Source of the DNA: Bacteroidaceae bacterium
Lineage (GTDB): Bacteria > Bacteroidota > Bacteroidia > Bacteroidales > Bacteroidaceae
DNA: 59,762 nucleotides
Direction of reading: 5' to 3'
Assembly (NCBI GenBank): GCA_024697285.1
Contig: JAILFY010000225.1
Coordinates: 1-59,762, forward strand
Part shown: positions 20,304 to 28,749 of the stretch, piece after piece
Layout of the letters: each line of letters opens with the position of its first letter
Position numbering within the stretch: the stretch's first letter is position 1
Program-made: the position numbers and the translations under genes
Notes under the pieces: generated by a model
Told to the model about the DNA's origin: nothing
The model's database searches: none
Seen by the model: only the letters and a program-made list of their open reading frames with translations

Positions 20304-21459
20304 TGGGCAGAAGAAGTATGTTCGTGGTCTGGTTGAAGGTGCCTAAGTGTAGGTCCAGCCCATTGTCGTAGATCGATTGCAGAAATCTCAGTATCTCGGA
20401 ATATGGGGTTCCTTCGTTTCCGGTCTGGAAGGCTATATAATTAAAGGTACGCGCACGCGCGAGTTCCCGGGCCTCCTCGGTGCTCTTAGCACGTTGGGGG
20501 ATGATGGCTGCGCGCTGGCATATAGCTTCCACGGCTGACCATGATTGTTCATTGCCTACATAGAGCAGATAGTATGTGATCTCGGAACCAGAATGTCGTT
20601 GCAGCAAATGCTTGAGCTGCCGATAGACGTACTCGAAGAATCCCTTGATGTCCACAGCAAGGTGAACAAACAGTGTGAACAGCCGATAGCGGTGCCGGAA
20701 GTGGCGGTCGAAGAAGATGAGCATCGCGTTGTAGAAACTGTGAACATAGCGGAAGCTGGTCTTCTGGGTGCTCTCGCCTTTGTAGTGGAGGATGGGCAGC
20801 GGCTGGTAGTAGTTGTGCCAACCGGCTTTCAGCAGACTGTAGCTGAGGTCGATATCTTCGCCGTACATGAAATATTCTTCACTGAGCAATCCCACTTGCT
20901 CCAGGGCGGTGCGACGTAGCATGAAGAAAGCGCCGGAGATGATTTCTATCTCAGAGACCTCGTTGCGGTCGAGATAACGCATGTAGTATTTGCCGAAACG
21001 ACGACTGTAGGGGAACAGGGAGCACAGACCAGAAAACTTGTAGAAGGCGGTGGCTGGAGTAGGAACGCCGCGACGGGACTCGTAGGCAAAGGAACCATTG
21101 CGGTTGAGCATCATGGTGCCTGTGGCACCTGCTTCGGGATGTTTGTCCAGAAAGTCCACACAGCCTTGGAGAACGTCCTCGCCGACAATGGTGTCGGGGT
21201 TCAGGAGCAACACGTATTCACCTTGGGAGAGGCGGATAGCTTGGTTGTTGGCGCGGGCGAAACCAACGTTCTCCTCATTCTGGATGAAATGAACGTCGGG
21301 AAAATGGTCGCGAAGGAGAGAGACACTACCGTCGGTGCTGCAGTTGTCCACCACCCACACATCGGCATCCATCTCTGCCGTTGCTCGAAGAACGCTGTCC
21401 AGGCATTGGAAGAGGTAGTGACGAACGTTATAACTGACGATGACAACACTGAGTTTCAT
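20287..21459 (-). CDS. Glycosyltransferase family 2
   Basis: MKLSVVIVSYNVRHYL..DNCSTDGS..GFARANN, typical of a GT-A fold. An alternative start at 21474 (MKANSMKL) would overlap the upstream stop. Confidence 0.85.
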   Translation of the reverse strand: MKLSVVIVSYNVRHYLFQCLDSVLRATAEMDADVWVVDNCSTDGSVSLLRDHFPDVHFIQNEENVGFARANNQAIRLSQGEYVLLLNPDTIVGEDVLQGCVDFLDKHPEAGATGTMMLNRNGSFAYESRRGVPTPATAFYKFSGLCSLFPYSRRFGKYYMRYLDRNEVSEIEIISGAFFMLRRTALEQVGLLSEEYFMYGEDIDLSYSLLKAGWHNYYQPLPILHYKGESTQKTSFRYVHSFYNAMLIFFDRHFRHRYRLFTLFVHLAVDIKGFFEYVYRQLKHLLQRHSGSEITYYLLYVGNEQSWSAVEAICQRAAIIPQRAKSTEEARELARARTFNYIAFQTGNEGTPYSEILRFLQSIYDNGLDLHLGTFNQTTNILLLPNDICN

Positions 21460-21460
21460 G

Positions 21461-21907
21461 CTATTTGCTTTCATCTTGGCTCTCTTCTGTAGCACATTCA
21501 TATTCCATCTTTCCCTGCGAGGGCCATGCGAAAAGCATGCCAACAACGACCATCAACCCGAGGTAGCCCAAGGTGGCATCTAATCCCGAGAGGTAATAAG
21601 TCACCACGTCGAAGAGCAATGCGACCCCTAAGATGCTTATTCGCAGCAGGCTCAGCGGGAAGTATCTTTCGGGATGTTCATGGAGCTGGCGCTTGATGCA
21701 TGTGAAGTTCATGAGTCGCAGTGCCAGGGGGATGGCTATCAGGGTGAGTACTACTCCCGTCATCTCGAGAATATAGTTTTGAGCGCTGTCTGCTGCCTGA
21801 GTGCCTATGGGCAGCAGCGCTGTCTCGAAGGCAAAGACTATCAGAAGGGCAACCATAAGCACGCCCAGGTAGATGGCTCTAAGAATGTTTATTTTCTTTT
21901 GTATCAT
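21461..21907 (-). CDS. Small integral membrane protein, hypothetical
   Basis: Reading from ATG 21907 (MIQKKINILRAIYLGVLMVALL...) gives about 4 hydrophobic helices. The longer ORF start at 22033 overlaps recR. Confidence 0.55.
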   Translation of the reverse strand: MIQKKINILRAIYLGVLMVALLIVFAFETALLPIGTQAADSAQNYILEMTGVVLTLIAIPLALRLMNFTCIKRQLHEHPERYFPLSLLRISILGVALLFDVVTYYLSGLDATLGYLGLMVVVGMLFAWPSQGKMEYECATEESQDESK

Positions 21908-21947
21908 GATTATTTGATTTTCCAGAAAGGGAGGTGCAGAGAAGAAG

Positions 21948-22553
21948 TTATGCGCTGAAGGGCCTGCGGTCCAGAATACTTCTGCCGAGGGTGGCTTCGT
22001 CAGTGTAGTGCAGTTGGTCGTTCTGAGCCACACCGCGGGCCAAGGTTGTGATTTTCAATTCTCTGTCTGCCAGCCGGCGATAGATGTAGAAGCAGGTGGT
22101 GTCGCCCTCCATGGTAGGACTGAGGGCCAGAATGACTTCCCGAATATCTCCCGCTTCCACGCGTTGTACCAGGGACGTGATTTCCAGGTCCTGTGGTCCG
22201 ATTCCGTCCATAGGGGAGATGATTCCTCCCAACACATGATAGACACCGGTAAACTGCTGGGTGGCTTCGATGGCCATTACATCTTGGATATTCTCCACAA
22301 CGCACACCGTAGAGTGGTCGCGACGCGGGTTCTTGCAGATGGAACACTCGTCTTCGTCGGAGAGGTTGTGGCATATTTTGCAGTAGCGGACATTCTGCAC
22401 GAGCTCGTCCAGAGATCGGGCGAAAGCCCGGACATCATCTGGCTCGCGCTTGAGCAAGTGCAGCACCAGACGCATGGCTGTCTTCCGGCCAATGCCTGGC
22501 AGTCCTGAAAACTGGTCAACAGCACGTTCTAAATATATTGATGGTATTTCCAT
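21948..22553 (-). CDS. recR: Recombination protein RecR
   Basis: HhH motif [13 protein letters not shown]4 zinc finger [16 protein letters not shown], and a Toprim segment. Confidence 0.93.
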   Translation of the reverse strand: MEIPSIYLERAVDQFSGLPGIGRKTAMRLVLHLLKREPDDVRAFARSLDELVQNVRYCKICHNLSDEDECSICKNPRRDHSTVCVVENIQDVMAIEATQQFTGVYHVLGGIISPMDGIGPQDLEITSLVQRVEAGDIREVILALSPTMEGDTTCFYIYRRLADRELKITTLARGVAQNDQLHYTDEATLGRSILDRRPFSA

Positions 22554-22561
22554 TGCGGGTG

Positions 22562-22569
22562 CAAAGATA
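22562..22569 (-). promoter_or_regulatory. -7 box TATCTTTG immediately upstream of recR
   Basis: Plus-strand caaagata has only 8 nt between the motif and ATG 22553, which implies a very short or absent leader. Confidence 0.4.
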
Positions 22570-22622
22570 GTAAAAAGTTTAGAGTTTATTATCTCTGCTT
22601 GTCTTTTTTTTGATGTAGGAAC

Positions 22623-25580
22623 TTATTTGGAGTCGGAATTATTGTTCTGGTAGTTCTTGATGTAGTGTATGAGTTGTTCGTAGGGTTCGCACGTGCTTAA
22701 TAATCTGAGGTTGCCTACAAGGATGAATTGCTTGCGGGCGCGGGTTACGGCGACGTTTAGTTTGCGGTCGATAAGTTGGCCGTCGGTCTCGATGGGTGCG
22801 CAGAGGATGGGCAACTGCCAGGGGGCACTGACGACGGTGGTGAAGAGGATGATGTCGCGTTGCGAGCCTTGGTAACGCTCTACGGTGTCTATCGTTATAT
22901 CGGAAATTTCCGGAACACCCAGGGCTTCCAGAGAGGTGAAGAGCTGCTGAATCTGGCTGCGGAAAGGTACGATGATACCGAGCCGGTGGGGCCAGTCGAG
23001 GGGCAACTGGTTCTTCTGAAGCAGCGCGGTCAGCGAGGCAACGATGAGTGCTGCCAGATCTGCCTCTTGGGAATTGTGCTTCAGCCCTGCTTCTGTGGGC
23101 GTCGGAACGTCAAAGCAGAGCAAACGATAGTTTGCCAACATCGTATGGAGTGGGATGTCGGAAGAATAATGTTGCCATTCCAGGGGACCTGTCTGGTGGG
23201 GAAGGGGAATCAGGTCGAGTTGTCCATTGTAGTACTGTTGGCTGGCAAAGGTGGCAATGTCTTGATGCATCCTGCCCTGGTGATGCAACATCCCAATGAT
23301 CTGGCTGGTGCCTTGTTGCGACGAGAGGTGATGGAGGCGCTCGAAAAGGGAGTTCCTGCAGTTGGTGAGTCCTATTGCATGGAGTGCAGGGTCTGCCACG
23401 GCAGAACTTTCTGCCGATTGCATCACCACTGCGGGGAGTTGCTTGTGGTCGCCAATGAAGATGAATCGCCGGATGGCCTGTTGTCCCCTGGCCCGAGCAC
23501 AGAGTAGTGGCAGGAGCTGTGGCTCAAGCACTTGTGAGGCTTCGTCCACGATGGCGGTGTCGAATGTCTTCAGTTGGAAGAGTTCCTGCGAAGAACTGAT
23601 GGATGCAATCGTTCCTACGATGATGGGCGCCTGCGACAGCAGTTGTTGCAATCCTTTGCGGGTGGGATTGTGGCGCGAGAGCACAGCGAGCGTGTGGGCG
23701 CGGCTGGCGGGGGACGCTGATAGTTCGGGGCCAATCCGGATGAAGGAGGGTGCTGGGGTGATATGGCTGAGCATCTGGCAGATCTCATCTACTGCACGAT
23801 TGGTGAAGGCGCTCAGAAGCAGGGCCGGGCGCTGGCTCGAACTTGCCTGGGGTGTTTCTTTCTCGTAGTCAGCCAGATACTCGATGACCATCTGCCGAAG
23901 GGCTATGTTTGTCTTGCCCGTACCCGGAGGACCCACAAGAAGAAAATAATCTTCGGCTTGCTTGGCTCGGAGGACGATATCTCGCAGTTCTTCGTTGGGA
24001 ATGGCTACGGACAGGGAGCGAGAAGTGTCGGTGCGCGGGCGGCGTTGGCCCAGAAGGAGGCTGCGACGGTCGGGAGAGGTCGTGAGGAGCGAGAAGAGTC
24101 CCTGATAGAGGATGTTGAAGGAGGAGTCAGCGTGAGTGGGTTCTATGGAATAGGTGTGGGTGACGTCTATCGACGTGGTGTCTCGCTGCGGGAAGCGCAG
24201 GCGGAGTGTCAGGTCGCTCGCTCCTAACTCCTCGATGACACAGGGGAAATAGAAGTCGGCACGGGTGTCGCTGTGCAACATAACAAGGTCTCCGCAGCGG
24301 AAGTTGGACGTTGTCGTCGTCTGTTCCATTCTGAAGTGGAATCGGATGAGTGCTCCTTGCTGGTCTTTCTCGGTGTCTTCCCTACGAAGAGTGAGGCCTG
24401 AGAGCAGGTTGCCGGCGTCTTGTCGGGCTTCTGAAGTAGTGCGCCAGATGTCGGCGAAACCATGTTTCCCCAGCGGCAGGTCGAGGCCTTCTACTCCTGT
24501 CTTGGCCAACGATTGTTCTCGTTGCAGGAAGGAGAGCATCGTCATGAAATAGGTGCGGGACAGACTGTCGGAACATTGGATGGTGCCGAGGAAATGCTGG
24601 ATAGTCGGTAGCTTGTACTGCCGGAAAAAACGATCTGCGCGTCCCAGCGGATTGAAGTCTTCTGTACGGAGTGACGTCAGGAACAGGCTGGGAGAGAGGC
24701 GCAGTTGTCGCTCCTGGGCGACCATCCCATTGCGCAGCAGCATTGCCCGGTGGATGTCTTTGCGTCCCAGATGGATGTCCATCAGTGCAGGGTAGAGGGA
24801 ATAGAAGAGCAACGTCTGAACCTGTGCGTAGGGCAGACCTATATTATAATAGAGTGACTCCTTGTAGAGGGCCATCTGAAGGGCGTGCTCGTATTTGTAG
24901 GCTATCTGGTCGGGATTCCCGGTGAAACCGCCTTTGCCGGATTTCAGTTCTATGATGGTTCTTCGGTCGCCGCTCATGAGGTCCATTCGTCCTTGAATAC
25001 CGAGGGCGGGGCAGATGAAGGCTGTTTCCAGCTGGGGTTGCTCTATGGGGTGGTGGGCTAAGGTGCTTTGTATATTCTGGAATTGTTTCCTGCATTGTTC
25101 GGGGAAAGTGGCATCGAGGGCTACGGTGGTGAAGCGCAGGGGGTCGGAGGTGAAACTCTTGCGCAAGGACTGGCGATAGAGTTCTTCAGAAGGGGTGTCA
25201 CTGGTGTTGGTGACATCATCCAGAAACTGGTTCGCTACGGCTCCGAGTTGAGTGGCGGAAGTCGCATTGTTCGGGAGGAATTTCTGGAGCAGATGGGTGG
25301 CAGGGGCGTCGCCGCACTCCGTGGCACAACGGCAGATGGCTGTGACGTCTATCAGATAGTCCGGGTCCAGAACGATATGTTGAGGCTGCAACTGACCATC
25401 TGCTGTGCGCTCGCTGAGCAGAAGGTTGGCGATAGCTCCCTCGTAGAGCCACTCACGCGGCAGCTCGGAATCTGCGACAACGACCTTCAGCGCCTCCGAG
25501 GAGGTCGGGCCTTCTGCGGTCCCGTAGATGTGGGTGTCGTCGTATTCGTTGACTCTTATTCTTAGTAGCTTCTGGGTCAT
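22623..25580 (-). CDS. Dna2/Upf1-like SF1 helicase with an N-terminal PD-(D/E)XK-type nuclease-like region
   Basis: GRMDLM...IIELKSGK nuclease-like motif, Walker A GPPGTGKT, DEASQ, VERYQGSQRDIILF, LNVAVTRARKQFILVG. ATG 25580 overlaps the upstream stop as ATGA. Confidence 0.8.
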   Translation of the reverse strand: MTQKLLRIRVNEYDDTHIYGTAEGPTSSEALKVVVADSELPREWLYEGAIANLLLSERTADGQLQPQHIVLDPDYLIDVTAICRCATECGDAPATHLLQKFLPNNATSATQLGAVANQFLDDVTNTSDTPSEELYRQSLRKSFTSDPLRFTTVALDATFPEQCRKQFQNIQSTLAHHPIEQPQLETAFICPALGIQGRMDLMSGDRRTIIELKSGKGGFTGNPDQIAYKYEHALQMALYKESLYYNIGLPYAQVQTLLFYSLYPALMDIHLGRKDIHRAMLLRNGMVAQERQLRLSPSLFLTSLRTEDFNPLGRADRFFRQYKLPTIQHFLGTIQCSDSLSRTYFMTMLSFLQREQSLAKTGVEGLDLPLGKHGFADIWRTTSEARQDAGNLLSGLTLRREDTEKDQQGALIRFHFRMEQTTTTSNFRCGDLVMLHSDTRADFYFPCVIEELGASDLTLRLRFPQRDTTSIDVTHTYSIEPTHADSSFNILYQGLFSLLTTSPDRRSLLLGQRRPRTDTSRSLSVAIPNEELRDIVLRAKQAEDYFLLVGPPGTGKTNIALRQMVIEYLADYEKETPQASSSQRPALLLSAFTNRAVDEICQMLSHITPAPSFIRIGPELSASPASRAHTLAVLSRHNPTRKGLQQLLSQAPIIVGTIASISSSQELFQLKTFDTAIVDEASQVLEPQLLPLLCARARGQQAIRRFIFIGDHKQLPAVVMQSAESSAVADPALHAIGLTNCRNSLFERLHHLSSQQGTSQIIGMLHHQGRMHQDIATFASQQYYNGQLDLIPLPHQTGPLEWQHYSSDIPLHTMLANYRLLCFDVPTPTEAGLKHNSQEADLAALIVASLTALLQKNQLPLDWPHRLGIIVPFRSQIQQLFTSLEALGVPEISDITIDTVERYQGSQRDIILFTTVVSAPWQLPILCAPIETDGQLIDRKLNVAVTRARKQFILVGNLRLLSTCEPYEQLIHYIKNYQNNNSDSK

Positions 25581-26704
25581 GGCAGGCTGTCTTTGAGGAA
25601 GTCCTCGCGCGGACGAATACGGGGATTGCGATGTTCGGAAGAGGGTGGGGCCGAAGGTGACAAGGCACGAGCGGAGCCTCGATACTGGGCCCATCGACCC
25701 ATGATCTGTTGGACATAACCGGCGGTCTCGTTACCTCTGAGGTAACCTGCTTTGACGACCGGGTCGCGGTAGTACCGAGGTTGTGACAGCAAGAGAACAT
25801 AATGCTGCACCTCTGTCCAGCGATGGTCGTTGCCGCCGTACTTCGCGGTGAGTGCCATGGCATCTCTTACGTGAGCAACTCCGCCATTGTAGGCAGCCAG
25901 CACAAAACACAACCGTTCCTGCCGCTCTCGAATATCGCTGAAGGTGGTTTGCAACATGGCCAGATAGCGTGCTGCGGCTGCGATGTTCTGCGCGGGGTCG
26001 AAGACAGCAGAAGTGGGCAATCCGAGTTGTGCTGCGGTGCCCGGCATGATTTGCATCAGTCCTTGTGCTCCGGCCCAGGATACGGCTTTCGGGTCGAAAG
26101 CAGATTCCTGGTAACATTGGGCAGCCATCAGTCGCCAATCCATGCCTGCCACAGGTGCGTGGCGTTGGAAGAGATTATCGTAGCTGCTGATGATTCCTTT
26201 CTCGCGGGAGAGCATGGGAGGTCGCGAGACGCGGCGCACTCTGAGGTGGGTACTTTGCTTCTGGCGCTCGGCTGTGCGGGTGCGCTCGCGCAACTCTGGT
26301 TCCCACCAAGCCTGAAGTGCAGAGGTCAGCTCGGGGGAGTTTGGTCGTGTCTGCCACGAGGGAGGGGTAAGAGCGATGTCTGCCTCGCCCGATTCCAATT
26401 TCTGAAGGAGGTCCGAGGAGTCCTGAGCTATCTCTATGCGCAGGCGGGTTCCAAGATAGCTGGCGAAAGACTGGGCCATCTCATATTCCACGCCGAAACC
26501 TGCACCGCGGTACTCATAATAGGTGTCCGGTCCCGAAAGCACCGTGGCTATAAGTTCGCCGGAGGCCTGGATGTCCGGGAGGTCATAGGAGGCGGCGTTC
26601 TGCACCTCTGCCTGACCGAACATGACAGATGGCTTGTGAGGTTGTTCCCCACAAGCTGTCAGCAACAGTATAGCGGTAAGAAAGAGCAGGGCCTTTCTGT
26701 ACAT
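25577..26704 (-). CDS. MltF-like lytic transglycosylase (solute-binding-like domain plus SLT domain), lipoprotein
   Basis: Lipobox LLLTAC and SLT motif QCYQESAFDPKAVSWAGAQGLMQIMPGTA. Confidence 0.8.
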   Translation of the reverse strand: MYRKALLFLTAILLLTACGEQPHKPSVMFGQAEVQNAASYDLPDIQASGELIATVLSGPDTYYEYRGAGFGVEYEMAQSFASYLGTRLRIEIAQDSSDLLQKLESGEADIALTPPSWQTRPNSPELTSALQAWWEPELRERTRTAERQKQSTHLRVRRVSRPPMLSREKGIISSYDNLFQRHAPVAGMDWRLMAAQCYQESAFDPKAVSWAGAQGLMQIMPGTAAQLGLPTSAVFDPAQNIAAAARYLAMLQTTFSDIRERQERLCFVLAAYNGGVAHVRDAMALTAKYGGNDHRWTEVQHYVLLLSQPRYYRDPVVKAGYLRGNETAGYVQQIMGRWAQYRGSARALSPSAPPSSEHRNPRIRPREDFLKDSLP

Positions 26705-26705
26705 C

Positions 26706-27317
26706 TCAGGGTTTGAGTCGGTGGATTATATATGTCCTCATGATATCTATGGCCTTTTGGTTGGCTCCTCCTTGCGGAATGATGAGGTCGGCGTAGCGCT
26801 TGGTGGGTTCGATGAACTCCAGATGCATGGGCTTGAGGACATCTACGTAGCGATCCATGACCATCTGTGCGGTACGCCCACGTTCCACCATGTCTCGGGC
26901 GATGACGCGCATCAACCGGTCGTCGGGGTCGGCATCCACGAATATCTTCAGGTCCATCAGGTCGCGCAACTCTTTGCGGCAGAGGGCCATGATACCTTCG
27001 ATGATGATGACTTCGCAAGGCTCGATATGTATCGTTTCGGGCAAACGATTACTCTCTATATAAGAATAGGTGGGTTGTTCGATGGCACGGCCGTTGCGCA
27101 ACTCATTGATTTGGTGGATTAGTAACTTCCAGTCGAAGGCGTTGGGGTGGTCGAAGTTTATCTTTCGCCGCTCTTCCATGGAAATGCCGGTGTTGTCGTT
27201 GTAGTATGAGTCCTGCGGGATGACGGCCACCTTCTCGTTGGGCAGGGATTCTACAATCTTACGGACTACAGTGGTCTTGCCGGAACCGGTGCCACCTGCG
27301 ATGCCAATGATATACAT
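26706..27317 (-). CDS. udk: Uridine kinase
   Basis: MYIIGIAGGTGSGKTT P-loop from ATG 27317, followed by a DSYY segment. The stop lies 1 nt before the mltF-like ATG. Confidence 0.9.
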   Translation of the reverse strand: MYIIGIAGGTGSGKTTVVRKIVESLPNEKVAVIPQDSYYNDNTGISMEERRKINFDHPNAFDWKLLIHQINELRNGRAIEQPTYSYIESNRLPETIHIEPCEVIIIEGIMALCRKELRDLMDLKIFVDADPDDRLMRVIARDMVERGRTAQMVMDRYVDVLKPMHLEFIEPTKRYADLIIPQGGANQKAIDIMRTYIIHRLKP

Positions 27318-27346
27318 GATTCTGTTGTTTTTATTGTTTCTTGGTG

Positions 27347-27354
27347 CAAAAATA
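27347..27354 (-). promoter_or_regulatory. -7 box TATTTTTG for udk
   Basis: Plus-strand caaaaata, 30 nt upstream of ATG 27317. Confidence 0.4.
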
Positions 27355-27468
27355 CTCATTATCCATGAAGTTCACAATAAAAAGTGCCAAAAATGCAGGT
27401 AACTGATGTAGAATTGAGTATATTCGGTGCCTGTAGCGGATGTGTCTTCTCTGGCTTTCCTCATGCAA

Positions 27469-27952
27469 TCCTTCCATTTATGATTCATCCTTCTATTTAT
27501 GATTCATCCTTCCATTTGTGATTCATTATATGTGCCTAATTCATGAACATTATATGTGAGAAAGGGATTGCAAAGCTTGAATTCCAGATATTATGTATTC
27601 TTGGAGATGACATGTGAAACTTCTATTCGTGATTCATTATATGTGCCTAATTCATGAACATTATATGTGAGAAAGGGATAGCAAAGCTTGTATTCCAGAT
27701 ATTATGTAATCTTGGAGATGACATGTGAAACTTCCATTTGTGATTCATTATGTGTGCTCAATTCATGAAGATTATATGTGAGAAAGGGATAGCAAAGCTT
27801 GAATTCCAGATATTATGTAATCTTGGAGACGACATGTGAAACTTCTATTCGTGATTCATTATATGTGCCTAATTCATGAACATTATATGTGAGAAAGGGA
27901 TAGCAAGCCACCTATTTCAGATTTCATGTACTCGAGGAGGCGACATGTGACA
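27469..27952 (+). repeat. 111-bp tandem repeat x4, preceded by three 19-bp mini-repeats
   Basis: Units start at 27509, 27620, 27731 and 27842, an exact 111-bp period. The mini-repeats atccttcYatttRtgattc run from 27469 to 27528. There is no ORF of 60 aa or more in any frame. Confidence 0.95.
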
Positions 27953-27965
27953 AACCTCTTTCCAC

Positions 27966-28075
27966 CCACGTATATACCTCTTTCTTCACACGTATATACG
28001 TGTGGACGAATACGTATATACGTGTTGGCGATTATGTATATACGTGTTGACAAAGACGTAGATAAGGTGACTTCA
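27966..28075 (-). repeat. 22-bp-period array (5 units) related to the 17505-17702 array but in the opposite orientation
   Basis: The core CGTATATACGTGT or a variant starts at 27969, 27991, 28013, 28035 and 28057. GTATATACGTGTTGGCGA matches the reverse complement of the 17.5 kb unit. Confidence 0.85.
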
Positions 28076-28235
28076 CATAGAATAGGTACACACTTTGTTA
28101 CCTATATTTACTATGAATGTACACACTTGTTTCATTGTCTTCCTGAGGCAGTGCACATTCTCCTCAGATGCTTTGTGATTCTAAACTTGAATAGGAATAT
28201 TCAAGTTGATGTCGCATCGTGATAGCAGAGATGAC

Positions 28236-28272
28236 AACAAAAAAGAGAGGGTTCTTAGGAAGAACTCTCTCT
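28236..28272 (-). terminator. Rho-independent terminator after tRNA-Thr
   Basis: Stem agagagggttctt / aagaactctctct with one mismatched position pair. On the minus strand it is followed by a T-run (plus acaacaaaaa). Confidence 0.65.
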
Positions 28273-28276
28273 CTTG

Positions 28277-28350
28277 AGCCTCTTGTCGGATTCGAACCAA
28301 CGACCCCGAGATTACAAATCACGTGCTCTGGCCAACTGAGCTAAAGAGGC
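28277..28350 (-). tRNA. tRNA-Thr (anticodon TGT)
   Basis: The reverse complement folds as a cloverleaf: acceptor GCCTCTT/AAGAGGC, D arm GCTC..GAGC, anticodon loop TTTGTAA, T arm GTTGG TTCGAAT CCGAC. Length 74 nt. Confidence 0.9.
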
Positions 28351-28450
28351 GGGTGGGAATGCGATCTGCATCGCGCCGCTACGACCAAGTACCCTTGCTG
28401 CGGTCAAGCCCTGGGGGATTCCGAGGGAGCTGGCCGTACAGGACATTCCC
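28351..28450 (-). ncRNA. Candidate structured RNA between the two tRNAs, possibly a divergent small SRP/4.5S-type RNA
   Basis: A terminal 7-bp helix (GGGAAUG...CAUUCCC) is followed by ACCC, giving an end ...CCCACCC as in E. coli 4.5S RNA. There is a second helix of about 12 bp (CUGUACGGCCAG / CUUGGUCGUAGCGG, with G-U pairs) and an internal GCAGCAAGG. The canonical apical GGAA tetraloop context is not evident. Confidence 0.35.
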
Positions 28451-28461
28451 GTGTATGGTTG

Positions 28462-28549
28462 CGGAGAGAGCGAGATTCGAACTCGCGAACCGGTTTTGCC
28501 GGTCACACGCTTTCCAGGCGTGCCTCTTCAGCCACTCGAGCACCTCTCC
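28462..28549 (-). tRNA. tRNA-Ser (anticodon GGA)
   Basis: Acceptor GGAGAGG/TCTCTCC, anticodon stem-loop CACGC CTGGAAA GCGTG, long variable arm ACCGG..CCGGT, T arm GCGAG TTCGAAT CTCGC. Length 88 nt. Confidence 0.9.
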
Positions 28550-28576
28550 TTGTACGTCCCTTTCGGAATGCGGGTG

Positions 28577-28609
28577 CAAAGGTAGAATTTTCTTGGGAAC
28601 TGAGCAAAC
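28577..28609 (-). promoter_or_regulatory. Bacteroides-type promoter for the tRNA-Ser / spacer RNA / tRNA-Thr unit
   Basis: On the minus strand, TTTG (plus caaa, 28606-28609) and TACCTTTG (plus 28577-28584) are separated by a 21-nt spacer. The unit lies 28 nt upstream of the tRNA-Ser 5' end. Confidence 0.55.
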
Positions 28610-28670
28610 TTTTTAAGATAATTTTTTGTATTTTGCCGATAAAATTTGAATTCAGTTGCTTTTTGCGCAC

Positions 28671-28709
28671 AAAAAAGCCCCCGCAGCAGTTCTGACGGGG
28701 GCTTTTTTC
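28671..28709 (-). terminator. Strong bidirectional hairpin terminator ending the FAS1-SusCD operon
   Basis: The sequence is aaaaaa, stem agcccccg, a 12-nt loop, stem cgggggct, then tttttt. It sits 41 nt past the SusD-like stop. Confidence 0.85.
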
Positions 28710-28749
28710 TTGTACGCAAAACGAAGTCGTCTTGCGGGTTAAGTGGTGC

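Noticed and set aside
27469-27952. I asked whether the 111-bp array, and likewise the 80-bp array at 48281-48595, could be CRISPR arrays.
   Set aside because: The units are contiguous near-identical tandem copies with no unique spacers. The periods of 111 and 80 bp do not fit repeat-plus-spacer architecture, and no cas genes are in the window.
28351-28461. I asked whether the inter-tRNA spacer is a third tRNA.
   Set aside because: It has no T-loop (GTTCRANYC) or D-loop signature and no cloverleaf, and it folds instead as an elongated hairpin.
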